Assembly: GCF_963921235.1 (NCBI RefSeq)
Contig: NC_086107.1
Span: 115,570,001 to 115,634,000 of the forward strand
Length of the DNA stretch: 64,000 nucleotides
Origin: Mobula hypostoma
Lineage: Eukaryota
Reading direction: 5' to 3'
The stretch's first letter is position 1; the number at the start of each line of letters is the position of its first letter. The translations under genes were made by a program, and so were the position numbers. Shown here piece after piece: positions 1 through 14,677 of this stretch. Below the pieces are notes generated by a model. The model was not told the origin of the DNA. It saw only the letters and a program-made list of their open reading frames with translations, and ran no database searches.

Positions 1-3000
1 TCCATCACCCTCTTCCTCCCCTATACCCCTCCCCGTCTCTGTCACCCACCCTCCCCAACACCCCCCCATCTCCATCACCCTCTTCCTCCCCTATACCCCT
101 CCCCATGCCTGTCACCCACCCTCCCCAATGCCCCCCGTCTCCGTCACCCACCCTCCCCAACACCCCCCATCTCCATTACCCCCTTTCTCCCCAACACCCC
201 TCCACGTCTCCGTCACCCACCCTCACCAACACCCCCCGTATCCGTCACCCCCTTCCTCCCCTATACCCCTCCCCGTCTCCGTCACCCACCCTCACCAACG
301 GCCCCCCCCGTCTCCATCACCCTCTTCCTCCCCAACAACCCCCCCGTCTCCGTCACTCACCCTCCCCAACACCCCCCATCTCCATCACCCCCTTCCTCCC
401 CAACACCCCTCCACGTCTCCGTCACCCACCCTCACCAACGCCCCCCGTATCCGTCACCCCCTTCCTCCCCTATACCCCTCCCCGTCTCCGTCACCCACCC
501 TCACCAACACCCACCCGTCTCCATCACCCTCTTCCTCCCCAACACCCACCCCGTCTCCGTCACCCACCCTCCCCAACACCTCCCCCGTCTCCATCACCCT
601 CTTCCTCCCCTATACCCCTCCCCGTCTCCGTCACCCACCCTCACCAACACCCACCCGTCTCCATCACCCTCTTCCTCCCCAACACCCACCCCGTCTCCGT
701 CACCCACCCTCCCCAACACCTCCCCCGTCTCCATCACCCTCTTCCTCACCTATACCCCTCCCCGTCTCCATCACCCACCCTCCCCAACACCCCCCGTCTC
801 CATCACCCTCTTCCTCCCCAACACCCACCCCGTCTCCGTCACCCACCCTCCCCAACACCTCCCCGTCTCCGTCACCCACCCTCCCCAACACCCCCCCATC
901 TCCGTCACCCCCTTCCTCCCCTATACCCCTCCACGTCTCCGTCACCCACCCTCCCCAATGCCCCCCCGTCTCCGTCACCCACCCTCCCCAACGCCCCCCG
1001 TATCCGTCACCCCCTTCCTCCCCTATACCCCTCCCCGTCTCCGTCACCCACCCTCACCAACGGCCCCTGTCTCCGTCACCCCCTTCCTCACCTATACCCC
1101 TCCCCGTCTCCGTCACCCACCCTCCCCAACACCCCCCCGTCTCCATCACCCTCTTCCTCCCCAACACCCCCTCCGTCTCCGTCACCCACCCTCCCCAACA
1201 CCTCCCCATCTCTGTCACCCCCTTCCTCCCCGATACCCCTCCACGTCTCCGTCACCCACCTTCATCAACGGCCCCCGTCTCCGTCACCCCCTTCCTCCAC
1301 TATACCCCTCCCCGTCTCCATCACCCACCCTCCCCAACACCCCCCCATCTCCGTCACCTACCCTCCCCAACACCCCCCGTCTCATTCACCCTCTTCCTCC
1401 CTTATACCCCTCCCCGTTTCCGTCACCCACCCTCCCCAACACCCCCCTCCGTCTCCGTCACCCACCCTCCCCAACAACTCCCTCCGTCTCCGTCACCTTC
1501 TTCCTCCCATATACCCCTCCCCGTCTCTGTCACCCACCCTCCCCAACACTCCCCCGTCTCCGTCACCCTCTTCCTCCCCAACACCCCTCGCCGTCTCCGT
1601 CACCCACCCTCCCCAACACCCCCCTATCTCTGTCACCCACCCTCCCCAACACCCCCCCGTCTCCGTCACCCTCTTCCTCCCCTATACCCCTCCCTGTCTC
1701 CGTCACCCACCCTCCCCAACACCCCCCCTCTCCGTCACCCTCTTCCTCCCCAACACCCCTCCCCGTCTCAGTCACCCACCCTCCCCAAAACCCCCCGTCT
1801 CCGTCACCCTCTTCCTCCCCTATACCCCTCCCCATCTCTGTCACCCACCCTCCCCAACACCCCCGTCTCCCTCACCCACCCTCCCCAACACCCCCCGTCT
1901 CCGTCACCCACCCTCCCCAACACCCCCCCGTCTCCGTCACCCTCTTCCTCTCCAACACCCCTCCCCGTCTCCGTCACCCACCCTCCCCAACACCCCCCGT
2001 CTCCGTCACCCACCCTCCCCAACACTCCCCCGTCTCTGTCACCCACCCTTCCCAACACCCCCCCGTCTCTGTCACCCTCTTCCTCTCCAACACCCCCCGT
2101 CTCCGTCACCCACCCTCCCCAACACCCCCCGTCTCCGTCACCCACTCTCCCCAACACCCCCCCGTCTCCGTCACCCTCTTCCTCCCCTATACCCCTCCCT
2201 GTCTCCGTCACCCACCCTCCCCAACACCCCCCGTCTCCGTCACCCACTCTCCCCAACACCGCCCCCGTCTCCGTCACCATCTTCCTCCCCTATATCCCTC
2301 CCCGTCTCTGTCACCCACCCTCCCCAACACCCCACTGTCTCCGTCACCCTCTTCCTCCCCAACACCCCCCCGTCTCTGTCACCCACCATCCCCAACACCC
2401 CCCGTCTCCGTCACTCTCTTCCTCCCCTATACCCCTCCCCATCTCTGTCACCCACCCTCCCCAACACCCCCCCGTCTCCGTCACCCACCCTCCCCAACAC
2501 CCCCCCCGTCTCCGTCACCCACCCTCCCCAACACCCCCCCATCTCCGTCACCCTCTTCCTCTCCAACACCCCTCCCCGTCTCCGTCACCCACCCTCCCCA
2601 ACACTCCCCGTCTCCGTCACCCACCCTCCCCAACACTCCCCGTCTCCGTCACCCACCCCCCCCAACACCCCCCGTCTCTGTCACCCACCCTCCCCAACAC
2701 CCCACCGTCTCTGTCACCCTCTTCCTCCCCTATACCCCTCCCCGTCTCCATCACCCTCTTCCTCCCCAACACCCCTCCCCGTCTCCGTCACCCTCTTCCT
2801 CCCCAACACCTCCCCGACTCAGTCACCCACCCTCCCCAACACCCCCCCGTCTCTGTCACCCTCTTCCTCCCCAACACCCCCCCCGTCTCCGTCACCCATC
2901 CTCCCCAACACCCTTCGTCTCCGTCACCCTCTTCGTCCCCTATACCCCCGCATCTCCGTCACCCATCCTCCCCAACACCCACCGTCTCCATCAGCCTCTT

Positions 3001-6000
3001 CCTCCCCAACAGCCCCCTGTCTCCGTCACCCACCCTCCCCAACACCCCCCGTCTCCGTCACCCACCCTCCCCAACACCCCCCCGTCTCCATCACCCTCTT
3101 CCTCCCCAACACCCCCCCCGTCTTCGTCACCCTCTTCCTCCCCTATATCCCTCCCCGTCTCTGTCACCCTCTTCCTCCCCAACACCCCCCCCGTCTCCGT
3201 CACCCACCCTCCCCAACACCCCCCCTTGTTTCCGTCACCCTCTTTCTCCACAACACCCCCCCGTCTCTGTCACCCACCCTCCCCAACACCCCCCGTCTCC
3301 GTCACCCTCTTCCTCCCCTATACCCCACCCCGTCTCCGTCACCCACCCTCCCCAACACCCCCGTCTCCGTCACCCACCCTCCCCAACACCCCCCTGTCTC
3401 CGTCACCCACCCGCCCCAACACCCCCCCGTCTCTGTCACCCTCTTCCTCCTCAACACCCCCCCGTCTCTGTCACCCTCTTCCTCCTCAACAACCCCCCCG
3501 TCACCATCACCTTCCCCCTCCCCTACACCCTTGCCCGTCTCCGTCACCCACCCTCCCCAACACCCCCCCGTCTCTGTCACCCTCTTCCTCCCCAACACCA
3601 CCCCCATCTCCGTCACCCACCCTCCCCAACACCCCCCCGTCTCCGTCACCCTCTTCCTCCCCAACACCCCACCCGTCTTTGTCACCCTCTTCCTCCCCTA
3701 CACCCCTCCACGTCTCCGTCACCCACCCTCCCCAACACCCCCCATCTCCGTCATCCACCCTCCCCAACACCTCCCGTCTCTGTCACCCTCTTCCTCCCCT
3801 ATACCCCTCCCCGTCTCCGTCACCCTCTTCCTCCCCAACACCCCCTCTTGTCTCCGTCACCCTCTTTGTCCCCTATATCCCCCCCGTCTCTGTCACCCAC
3901 CCTCCCCAACACCCCCCCCGTCTCCGTCACCCTCTTCCACCCCAACACACCCCCATCTCCGTCACCCTCTTCCTCCCCAACACACCCCACCGTCTCCGTC
4001 ACCCTCTTCCACCCCAACACACCCCCATCTCCGTCACCCTCTTCCTCCCCAACACACCCCCATCTCCGTCACCCTCTTCCTCCCCAACACACCCCCATCT
4101 CCGTCACCCTCTTCCTCCCCAACACCCCCCGTCTCTGTCACCCACCCCCCCAACAACCCCCGTCTCCGTCACCCACCCTCCCCAACACCCCCCTCCGTCT
4201 CCGTCACCCACCCTCCCCAACAACCCCCTCCGTCTCCGTCACCTTCTTCCTCCCATATACCCCTCCCCGTCACCGTCACCCATCCTCCCCAACACCCCCC
4301 GTCTCCGTCACCCTCTTCCTCCCCTATACCCCTCCCTGTCTCCGTCACCCACCCTCCCCAACACCCCCCCTCTCCATCACCCTCTTCCTCCCCAACACCC
4401 CTCGCCGTCTCCGTCACCCACCCTCCCCAACACCCCCTATCTCTGTCACCCACCCTCCCCAACACCCCCCCGTCTCCGTCACCCTCTTCCTCCCCTATAC
4501 CCCTCCCTGTCTCCGTCACCCACCCTCCCCAACACCTCCCCTCTCCGTCACCCTCTTCCTCCCCTATACCCCTCCCCATCTCTGTCACCCACCCTCCCCA
4601 ACACCCCCCCGTCTCCATCACCCACCCTCCCCAACAACCCCCGTCTCCGTCACCCACCCTCCCCAACACCCCCCCGTCTCCGTCACCCTCTTCCTCTCCA
4701 ACACCCCTCCCCGTCTCCGTCACCCACCCTCCCCAACACCCCCCGTCTCCATCACCCACCCTCCCCAACACTCCCCCGTCTCTGTCACCCACCCTCCCCA
4801 ACACCCCCCCGTCTCCATCACCCACCCTCCCCAACAACCCCCCGTCTCCGTCACCCACCCTCCCCAACACCCCCCCATCTCCGTCACCCTCTTCCTCTCC
4901 AACACCCCTCCCCGTCTCCGTCACCCACCCTCCCCAACACCCCCCGTCTCCATCACCCACCCTCCCCAACACTCCCCCGTCTCTGTCACCCACCCTTCCC
5001 AACACCCCCCCGTCTCTGTCACCCTCTTCCTCTCCAACAGCCCCCCGTCTCTGTCACCCACCCTCCCCAACACCCCCCGTCTCCGTCACCCACTCTCCCC
5101 AACACCCCCCCCGTCTCCGTCACCATCTTCCTCCCCTATATCCCTCCCCGTCTCTGTCACCCACCCTCCCCAACACCCCACTGTCTCCGTCACCCTCTTC
5201 CTCCCCAACACCCCCCGTCTCTGACACCCACCCTCCCCAACACCCCCCGTCTCTGTCACCCTCTTCCTCTCCATCAGCCCCCCGTCTCTGTCACCCACCC
5301 TCCCCAACACCCCCCGTCTCTGTCACTCTCTTCCTCCCCTATACCCCTCCCCATCTCTGTCACCCACCCTCCCCAACACCCCCCCGTCTCCGTCACCCAC
5401 CCTCCCCAACACCCCCCCATCTCCGTCACCCTCTTCCTCTCCAACACCCCTCCCCGTCTCCGTCACCCACCCTCCCCAACACTCCCCGTCTCCGTCACCC
5501 ACCCCCCCAACACCCCCCCGTCTCTGTCACCCACCCTCCCCAACACCCCACCGTCTCCGTCACCCTCTTCCTTCCCTATACCCCTCCCCGTCTCCATCAC
5601 CCTCTTCCTCCCCAACACCCCTCCCCGTCTCCGTCACCCTCTTCCTCCCCAACACCTCCCCGACTCAGTCACCCACCCACCCCAACACCCCCCCCGTCTC
5701 TGTCACCCTCTTCCTCCCCAACACCCCCCCGTCTCCGTCACCCATCCTCCCCAACACCCTTCGTCTCCGTCACCCTCTTCGTCCCCTATACCCCCCCATC
5801 TCCGTCACCCATGCTCCCCAACACCCACCGTCTCCATCACCCTCTTCCTCCCCAACAGCCCCCTGTCTCCGTCACCCACCCTCCCCAACACCCCCCCGTC
5901 TCCGTCACCCACCCTCCCCAACACCCCCCCCGTCTCCATCACCCTCTTCCTCCCCAACACCCCCCCATCTTCGTCACCCTCTTCCTCCCCTATATCCCTC

Positions 6001-9000
6001 CCCGTCTCTGTCACCCTCTTCCTCCCCAACACCCCCCCCATCTCCGTCACCCTCTTCCTCCCCAACACCCCCCCCGTCTCCGTCACCCACCCTCCCCAAC
6101 ACCCCCCCGTCTCTGTCACCCTCTTCCTCCACAACACCCCCCCGTCTCTGTCACCCACCCTCCCCAACACCCCCCGTCTCCGTCACCCTCTTCCTCCCCT
6201 ATACCCCACCCCGTCTCCGTCACCCACCCTCCCCAACACCCCCGTCTCCGTCACCCACCCTCCCCAACACCCCCCTGTCTCCGTCACCCACCCTCCCCAA
6301 CACCCCCCCGTCTCTGTCACCCTCTTCCTCCTCAACACCCCCCCGTCTCTGTCACCCTCTTCCTCCTCAACAACCCCCCCGTCACCATCACCTTCCCCCT
6401 CCCCTACACCCTTGCCCGTCTCCGTCACCCACCCTCCCCAACACCCCCCCATCTCTGTCACCCTCTTCCTCCCCAACACCACCCCCATCTCCGTCACCCA
6501 CCCTCCCCAACACCCCCCCGTCTCCGTCACCCTCTTCCTCCCCAACACCCCACCCGTCTTTGTCACCCTCTTCCTCCCCTACACCCCTCCACGTCTCCGT
6601 CACCCACCCTCCCCAACACCCCCCATCTCCGTCATCCACCCTCCCCAACACCCCCCGTCTCTGTCACCCTCTTCCTCCCTTATACCCCTCCCCGTCTCCG
6701 TCACCCTCTTCCTCCCCAACACCCCCTCTTGTCTCCGTCACCCTCTTTGTCCCCTATATCCCCCCCGTCTCTGTCACCCACCCTCCCCAACACCCCCCCC
6801 CGTCTCCGTCACCCTCTTCCACCCCAACACACCCCCATCTCCGTCACCCTCTTCCTCCCCAACACACCCCCCCGTCTCCGTCACCCTCTTCCACCCCAAC
6901 ACACCCCCATCTCCGTCACCCTTTTCCTCCCCAACACACCCCCATCTCCGTCACCCTCTTCCTCCCCAACACACCCCCATCTCCGTCACCCTCTTCCTCC
7001 CCAACACCCCCCGTCTCTGTCACCCACCCCCCCAACAACCCCCGTCTCCGTCACCCACCCTCCCCAACACCCCCCTCCGTCTCCGTCACCCACCCTCCCC
7101 AACAACCCCCTCCGTCTCCGTCACCTTCTTCCTCCCATATACCCCTCCCCGTCACCGTCACCCATCCTCCCCAACACCCCCCGTCTCCGTCACCCTCTTC
7201 CTCCCCTATACCCCTCCCTGTCTCCGTCACCCACCCTCCCCAACACCCCCCGTCTCCGTCACCCTCTTCCTCCCCTATACCCCTCCCTGTCTCCGTCACC
7301 CACCCTCCCCAACACCGCCCCTCTCCATCACCCTCTTCCTCCCCAACACCCCTCGCCGTCTCCGTCACCCACCCTCCCCAACACCCCCCTATCTCTGTCA
7401 CCCACCCTCCCCAACACCCCCCCGTCTCCGTCACCCTCTTCCTCCCCAACACCCCTCCCCGTCTCAGTCACCCACCCTCCCCAACACCCCCCGTCTCCGT
7501 CACCCTCTTCCTCCCCTATACCCCTCCCCATCTCTGTCACCCACCCTCCCCAACACCCCCCCGTCTCCATCACCCACCCTCCCCAACAACCCCCCGTCTC
7601 CGTCACCCACCCTCCCCAACACCCCCCCGTCTCCGTCACCCTCTTCCTCTCCAACACCCCTCCCCGTCTCCGTCACCCACCCTCCCCAACACCCCCCGTC
7701 TCCATCACCCACCCTCCCCAACACTCCCCCGTCTCTGTCACCCACCCTTCCCAACACCCCCCCGTCTCTGTCACCCTCTTCCTCTCCAACACCCCACCCG
7801 TCTTTGTCACCCTCTTCCTCCCCTACACCCCTCCACGTCTCCGTCACCCACCCTCCCCAACACCCCCCCATCTCCGTCATCCACCCTCCCCAACACCCCC
7901 CCGTCTCTGTCACCCTCTTCCTCCCCTATACCCCTCCCCGTCTCCGTCACCCTCTTCCTCCCCAACACCCCCTCTTGTCTCCGTCACCCTCTTCATCCCC
8001 TATATCCCCCCCGTCTCTGTCACCCACCCTCCCCAACACCCCCCGTCTCCGTCACCCTCTTCCTCCCCAACACCCCCCCGTCTCCGTCACCCTCTTCCTC
8101 CCCAACACCCTCCCGTCTCCGTCACTCTCTTCCTCCCCAACACACCCCATCTCCGTCACCCTCTTCCTCCCCAACACCCCCCGTCTGTCACCCAACAACC
8201 CCCATCTCCATCACCCTCTTCCTCCCCAACACCCCCCCGTCCCCATCACCCTCTTCCTCCCCAACACCCCCCCCCCGTCTCCGTCACCCATCCTCCCCAA
8301 CACCCCCGTCTCCGTCACCCTCTTCCTCCCCAACACCCCCCCGTCTCCATCACCCACCCTCCCCAACACCCCATCCCGTCCCTGTCACCCTCTTCCTCCC
8401 CAACACCCCCCCGTCTCCGTCACCCTCTTCCTCCCCAACACCCCCCCGTCTCCGTCACCCTCTTCCTCCCCAACACCCCCCCGTCTCCGTCACTCTCTTC
8501 CTCCCCAACACACCCCATCTCCGTCACCCTCTTCCTCCCCAACACCCCCCCCGTCTCTGTCACCCACCCCCCCAACAACCCCCATCTCCATCACCCTCTT
8601 CCTCCCCAACACCCCCCCGTCCCCATCACCCTCTTCCTCCCCAACACCCCCCTCGTCTCCGTCACCCATCCTCCCCAACACCCCCGTCTCCGTCACCCTC
8701 TTCCTCCCCAACACCCCCCGTCTCCATCACCCACCCTCCCCAACACCCCATCCCGTCTCTGTCACCCTCTTCCTCCCCAACACCCCCCCGTCTCCGTCAC
8801 CCTCTTCCACCCCAACACACCCCCATCTCCGTCACCCTCTTCCTCCCCAACACACCCCCATCTCCGTCACCCTCTTCCTCCCCAACACACCCCCATCTCC
8901 GTCACCCTCTTCCTCCCCAACACCCCCCGTCTCTGTCACCCACCCCCCCAACAACCCCTGTCTCCGTCACCCATCCTCCCCAACACCCCCCCATCTCCAT

Positions 9001-12000
9001 CACCCTCTTCCTCCCCAACACCCACCCTGTCTCCGTCACCCATCCTCCCCAACACCCCCCGTCTCCGTCACCCTCTTCCTCCCCAACACCCCCCGTCTCC
9101 ATCAACCTCTTCCTCCCCAACACCCCCCCGTCTCCGTCACCCTCTTCCTCCCCAACACCCCCCCGTCTCCGTCACTCTCTTCCTCCCCAACACACCCCAT
9201 CTCCGTCACCCTCTTCCTCCCCAACACCCCCCGTCTCTGTCACCCACCCCCCCAACAACCCCCATCTCCATCACCCTCTTCCTCCCCAACACCCCCCCGT
9301 CCCCATCACCCTCTTCCTCCCCAACACCCCCCCGTCTCCGTCACCCATCCTCCCCAACACCCCCGTCTCCGTCACCCTCTTCCTCCCCAACACCCCCCCG
9401 TCTCCATCACCCACCCTCCCCAACACCCCATCCCGTCTCTGTCACCCTCTTCCTCCCCAACACCCCCCGTCTCCGTCACCCTCTTCCACCCCAACACACC
9501 CCCATCTCCGTCACCCTCTTCCTCCCCAACACACCCCCATCTCCGTCACCCTCTTCCTCCCCAACACACCCCCATCTCCGTCACCCTCTTCCTCCCCAAC
9601 ACCACCCGTCTCTGTCACCCACCCCCCCAACAACCCCCGTCTCCGTCACCCATCCTCCCCAACACCCCCCATCTCCATCACCCTCTTCCTCCCCAACACC
9701 CCCCCGTCTCCGTCTCCCATCCTCCCCAACAACCCCCGTCTCCGTCACCCATCCTCCCCAACACCCCCCATCTCCATCACCCTCTTCCTCCCCAACACCC
9801 ACCCCGTCTCCGTCTCCCATCCTCCCCAACACCCCCCGTCTCCGTCACCCTCTTCCTCCCCAACACCACCCGTCTCCATCAACCTCTTCCTCCCCAACAC
9901 CCCCCCGTCTCCGTCACCCTCTTCCTCCCCAACACCCCCCCATCTCCATCACCCTCTTCCTCCCCAACACCCCCCCCATCTCCGTCACCCTCTTCCTCCC
10001 CTATATCCCTCCCCATCTCCGTCACCCTCTTCCTCCCCAACACCCCCCCGTCTCCGTCACCCTCTTTCTCCCCAACACCCCCCCCGTCTCCGTCACCGTC
10101 TTCCTCCCCAACACCCCCCCATCTCCGTCACCCTCTTCCTCCCCTATATCCCTCCCCGTCTCTGTCACCCACCCTCCTCAACACCCCCCTTGTCTCCGTC
10201 ACCCTCTTCGTCCCCTATATCCCCCCCGTCTCTGTCACCCACCCTCCCCAACACCCCCCGTCTCCGTCACCCTCTTCCTCCCCTACACCCCACCCCGTCT
10301 CCGTCACCCACCCTCCCCAACACCCCCCGTCTCTGTCACCCTCTTCCTCCTCAACAACCCCCCATCTCCGTCACCCTCTTCCTCCCCAACACCCCCCCGT
10401 CTCCGTCACCCTCTTCCTCCCCAACACCTCCCCCATCTCCGTCACCCTCTTCCTCCCCAACACACCCTCATCTCCGTCACCCTCTTCCTCCCCTATACCC
10501 CCCCCGTCTCCGTCACCCTCTTCCTCCCCAACACCCCCCGTCTCCGTCACCCTCTTTCTCCCCAACACCTCCCCGTCTCCGTCACCCTCTTCCTCCCCAA
10601 CACCCCCCTGTCTCCATCACCTTCTCCCTCCCCTACACCCCTGCCCGTCTCCGTCACCCACCCTCCCCAACACCCCACCCGTCTCTGTCACCCTCTTCCT
10701 CCCCAACACCCCCCCGTCTCTGTCACCCTCTTCCTCCCCAACACCCCCCGTCTCTGTCACCCTCTTCCTCCCCAACACACCCTCATCTCCGTCACCCTCT
10801 TCCTCCCCAACACCCCCCGTCTCTGTCACCCACCCCCCCAACACCCCCCGTCTCCGTCACCCATCCTCCCCAACACCCTCCCCGTCTCTGTCACCCTCTT
10901 CCTCCCCAACACCACCCCCGTCTCCGTCATCCACCCTCCCCAACACCCCCCCGTCTCCGTCACCCTCTTCCTCCCCAACACCCCACCCGTCTTTGTCACC
11001 CTCTTCCTCCCCTACACCCCTCCCCTTCTCCGTCACCCACCCTCCCCAACACCCCCCGTCTCCGTCACCCACCCTCCCCAACAACCCCACGTCTCTGTCA
11101 CCCACCCTCCCCAACACCCCCCGTCTCCGTCACCCTCTTCCTCCCCTATACCCCTCCCCGTCTACGTCACCCTCTTCCTCCCCAACACCCCCCGCGTCTC
11201 CGTCACCCTCTTCCTCCCCAACACCCCCCCGTCTCCGTCACCCTCTTCCTCCCCAACACACCCCCGTCTCCGTCACCCACCCTCCCCAACACCCCCCGTC
11301 TCTGTCACCCTCTTCCTCCCCTATACCCCCCCGTCTCCGTCACCCTCTTCCTCCCCAACACCCCCCGTCTCCGTCACCCTCTTCCTCCCCAACACCCCCC
11401 CGTCTCTGTCACCCTCTTCCTCCCCAGCAACCCCCTGTCTCCATCACCTTCTCCCTCCCCTACACCCCTGCCCATCTCCGTCACCCACCCTCCCCAACAC
11501 CCCCCCATCTCTGTCACCCTCTTCCTCCCCAACACCACCCCCGTCTCCGTCACCCACCCTCCCCAACACCCCCCGTCTCCGTCACCCTCTTCCTCCCCAA
11601 CACCCCACCCGTCTTTGTGACCCTCTTCCTCCCCTACACCCCTCCCCGTCTCCGTCATCCACCCTCCACAACACCCCCCCCGTCTCCGTCACCCACCCTC
11701 CCCAACACCCCCCCGTCTCTGTCACCCTCTTCCTCCCCTATACCCCTCCCCGTCTCCGTCACCCTCTTCCTCCCCAACATCCCCCCCGTCTCCGTCACCC
11801 TCTTCCTCCCCAACACTGCCCATCTTCGTCACCCTCTTCCTCCCCAACACCCCCCCATCTCCATCACCCTCTTCCTCCCCAACACACCCCCATCTCCGTC
11901 ACCCTCTTCCTCCCGTCTCCGTCACCCATCCTCCCCAACACCCCCCCATCTCCATCACCCTCTTCCTCCCCAACGCCACCCCATCTCCGTCACCCTATTC

Positions 12001-13340
12001 CTCCCCTATACCCCTCCCCGTCTCTGTCACCCACCCTCCCCAACACCCCCCTGTCTTCGTCACCCTCTTCCTCCCCAACACCCTCCCCGTCTCCGTCACC
12101 CACCCTCCCCAACACCCCACCGTCTCCGTCACCCTCTTCCTCCCCAACACCCCCCGTCTCCGTCACCCTCTTCCTCCCCAACACCCCCCCATCTCCGTCA
12201 CCCTCTTCCTCCCCAACAGCCCCCCGTCTCCATCACCCTCTTCCTCCCCAACAGCCCCCCGTCTCCGTCACCCTCTTCGTCCCCAACACCCCCCCCGTAT
12301 CCGTCACCCACCCTCCCCAATGCCCCCGTCTCCGTCACCCACCCTCCCCAACAGCCCCCCGTCTCCATCACCCCCTTCCTCCCCAACACCCCCCGTCTCC
12401 ATCACCCTCTTCCTCCCCAACACCCCCCCGTCTCCGTCACCCACCCTCCCCAACACCCCCCTGTCTCCGTCACCCTCTTCCTCCCCTATACCCCTCCCCG
12501 TCTCTGTCACCCACCCTCCCCAACACTCCACCGTCTCCATCACCCTCTTCCTCCCCAACACCCCCCCCGTCTCCGTCACCCTCTTCCTCCCCAACACCCC
12601 CCCTCCGTCTCTGTCATCCTCTTCCTCCCTAACACCCCCCCGTCTCCGTCACCCTCTTCCTCCCCAACACCCCCCCTCTGTCTCCGTCACCCTCTTCCTC
12701 CCCAACACCCCCAGTCTCCGTCACCCTCTTCCTCCCCAACAGACCCCCGTCTCCGTCACCCTCTTTGTCCCCTATACCCCCCGTCTCTGTCACCCACCCT
12801 CCCCAACACCCCCCGGTCTCCGTCACCCTCTTCGTTCCCAACACCCCCCCGTATCCGTCACCCACCCTCCCCAACACCCCGCTGTCTCCGTCACCCTCTT
12901 CCTCCCCAACACCCCCCCGTATCCATCACCCACCCTCCCCAACACCCCCCGTCTCCGTCACCCACCCTCCCCAACACCCCCCATCTCCGTCACCCTCTTC
13001 CTCCCCAACACCCCCCCTCCGTCTCCGTCACCCTCTTCCTCCCCAACACCCCCCCATCTCCGTCACCCTCTTCCTCCCCAACACCCCCCCGTCTCCGTCA
13101 CCCACCCTCCCCAACAGCCCCCATCTCCATCACCCTCTTCCTCCCCAACACCCCCCCTCCGTCTCCGTCACCCTCTTCCTCCCCAACACCCCCCCGTCTC
13201 CGTCACCCATCCTCCCCAACACCCCCCCCGTCTCCGTCACCCATCCTCCCCAACACCCCCCCCGTCTCCGTCACCCATCCTCCCCAACACCCCCCCCGTC
13301 TCCGTCACCCATCCTCCCCAACACCCCCCCCGTCTCTGAC
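1..13340. repeat. C-rich minisatellite array, ~29-33 bp variant units with higher-order duplication
   Basis: Alternating units ccccgtctccgtcacccaccctccccaacac / ccccgtctccgtcaccctcttcctccccaacac; rare variants recur at a ~2.88 kb offset. Confidence 0.97.
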
Positions 13341-13469
13341 ACTGCTTCTCTTCCCTACACCCATCTCCATCTCCATCACTCCTTCCCTACCCCCCTCCCA
13401 GTGTCCATCACCCCCTCTGCCCCGCACCCCTCTCCGTTTCCGAGTGCTGACCTCTGCCTCTGCCCACAG

Positions 13470-13574
13470 ATATCCTGGACTTCCCACTGAGTTTGTGGAT
13501 TCCTCTGACCACGGTCTTCCTGACAGTGTGTGTCTACGCCTTGTGTGTCACCCTGTCCTTCACTATCCGTCGCA
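13470..13574 (+). CDS. Exon A: transmembrane exon (phase 1-1)
   Basis: Acceptor ctctgcctctgcccacag; encodes (D)[34 protein letters not shown], a hydrophobic stretch followed by RR; weak donor A|gttaagt. Confidence 0.8.
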
Positions 13575-14404
13575 GTTAAGTATCGAAGGCGACAGATTCT
13601 TACCCCCACCTGCTCCTACCCCCAACCCCTCCTCCCACCCCCGAGCTCTTCCGGCTGGTTTGGCATCCTACCGTATGTCTCCAGGGCCCCTCCCTCACCC
13701 CCAGTTCCTAACTGAATTGAATTGACTTTAGTCCTTACATTATTCATTTACACGAGGAGTAAAACTCTTCACGTTACGTCTCAGTCTGAATGTGCAATTT
13801 ATCATAAATAGAATGTACCTGGGAGGGTCTTAACAACTTGTGTGAAGATTGTTCACTCCCAGCCTGTCTCTATCCCCTCCTATTCTCTCCCTCTCCAACC
13901 CCATCTGCCCTTTCCCCTTCTATCCCTTACCCCCTCCACAGACCTGCTCACCCCCTCACTATTTAATTACTCTCTCTCTCTCCCCCTCTCCTCTCTCGTC
14001 CTCACTCTCTTCCTGACTCACTCCCTCTCTCCCTCGCTTCTGTCTCTCTCTCTCTGTCTGTCTCTCCCCTCTCCCTCCTTCCCACTCTCTCTCCTCTTGC
14101 CCAACCCCTACCTTCCCTTCCTCTCTTTCCATCTTCCTGCAACCCTCTGCCGCACTCTCTGTCTCTCTCTGTACTTTCCTCCTTCCCACTTCTTCCTGCC
14201 TCCTTTTTCACTGTCACTCCCCTCTTTCCATCTCCTTTCTCCGTCACCCTCTGTTTCTTTCTTACCCCGTCGCTTTCTGTTGCACCCCTCCCCAGCTCTC
14301 TCTACATTCCAGTCCCCATCCTCTCCCTAGGACACATTTCCTTGACCCTGATCCTCCCCCCTTCTCCCTCCCTCCCTCTCCCTCTCCCTCCCTCTCCCTC
14401 TCCT

Positions 14405-14446
<42 letters not shown>

Positions 14447-14600
14447 CTTCTCCCTCCCTCTCCCTCCCTCTCCCTCTCTGTCTCTTTCTCTCCCTCTCCC
14501 TTTCTCTCCCTCTCCCTCCCTCTCTCTCTCTCTCCCTCTCCCTCCCTCTCTCTCTCTGTCTCTTTCTCTCCCTCTCCCTCCCTCTCCCTCCCTCTCTCTC

Positions 14601-14677
<77 letters not shown>

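Noticed and set aside
13470..13574. LAT as the primary identity (ALCV resembles LAT ALCVxC)
   Set aside because: No CxxC and no start Met in the TM exon, which begins with a phase-1 acceptor; RRKRQR, FF and YEPMR fit CD19 better. Kept only as an alternative.
105..13725. Giant 1700-4200 aa Pro/Ser/His-rich ORFs (extensin or mucin-like)
   Set aside because: Open in all three frames because the C-rich satellite lacks stop codons; unit lengths vary by non-multiples of 3.
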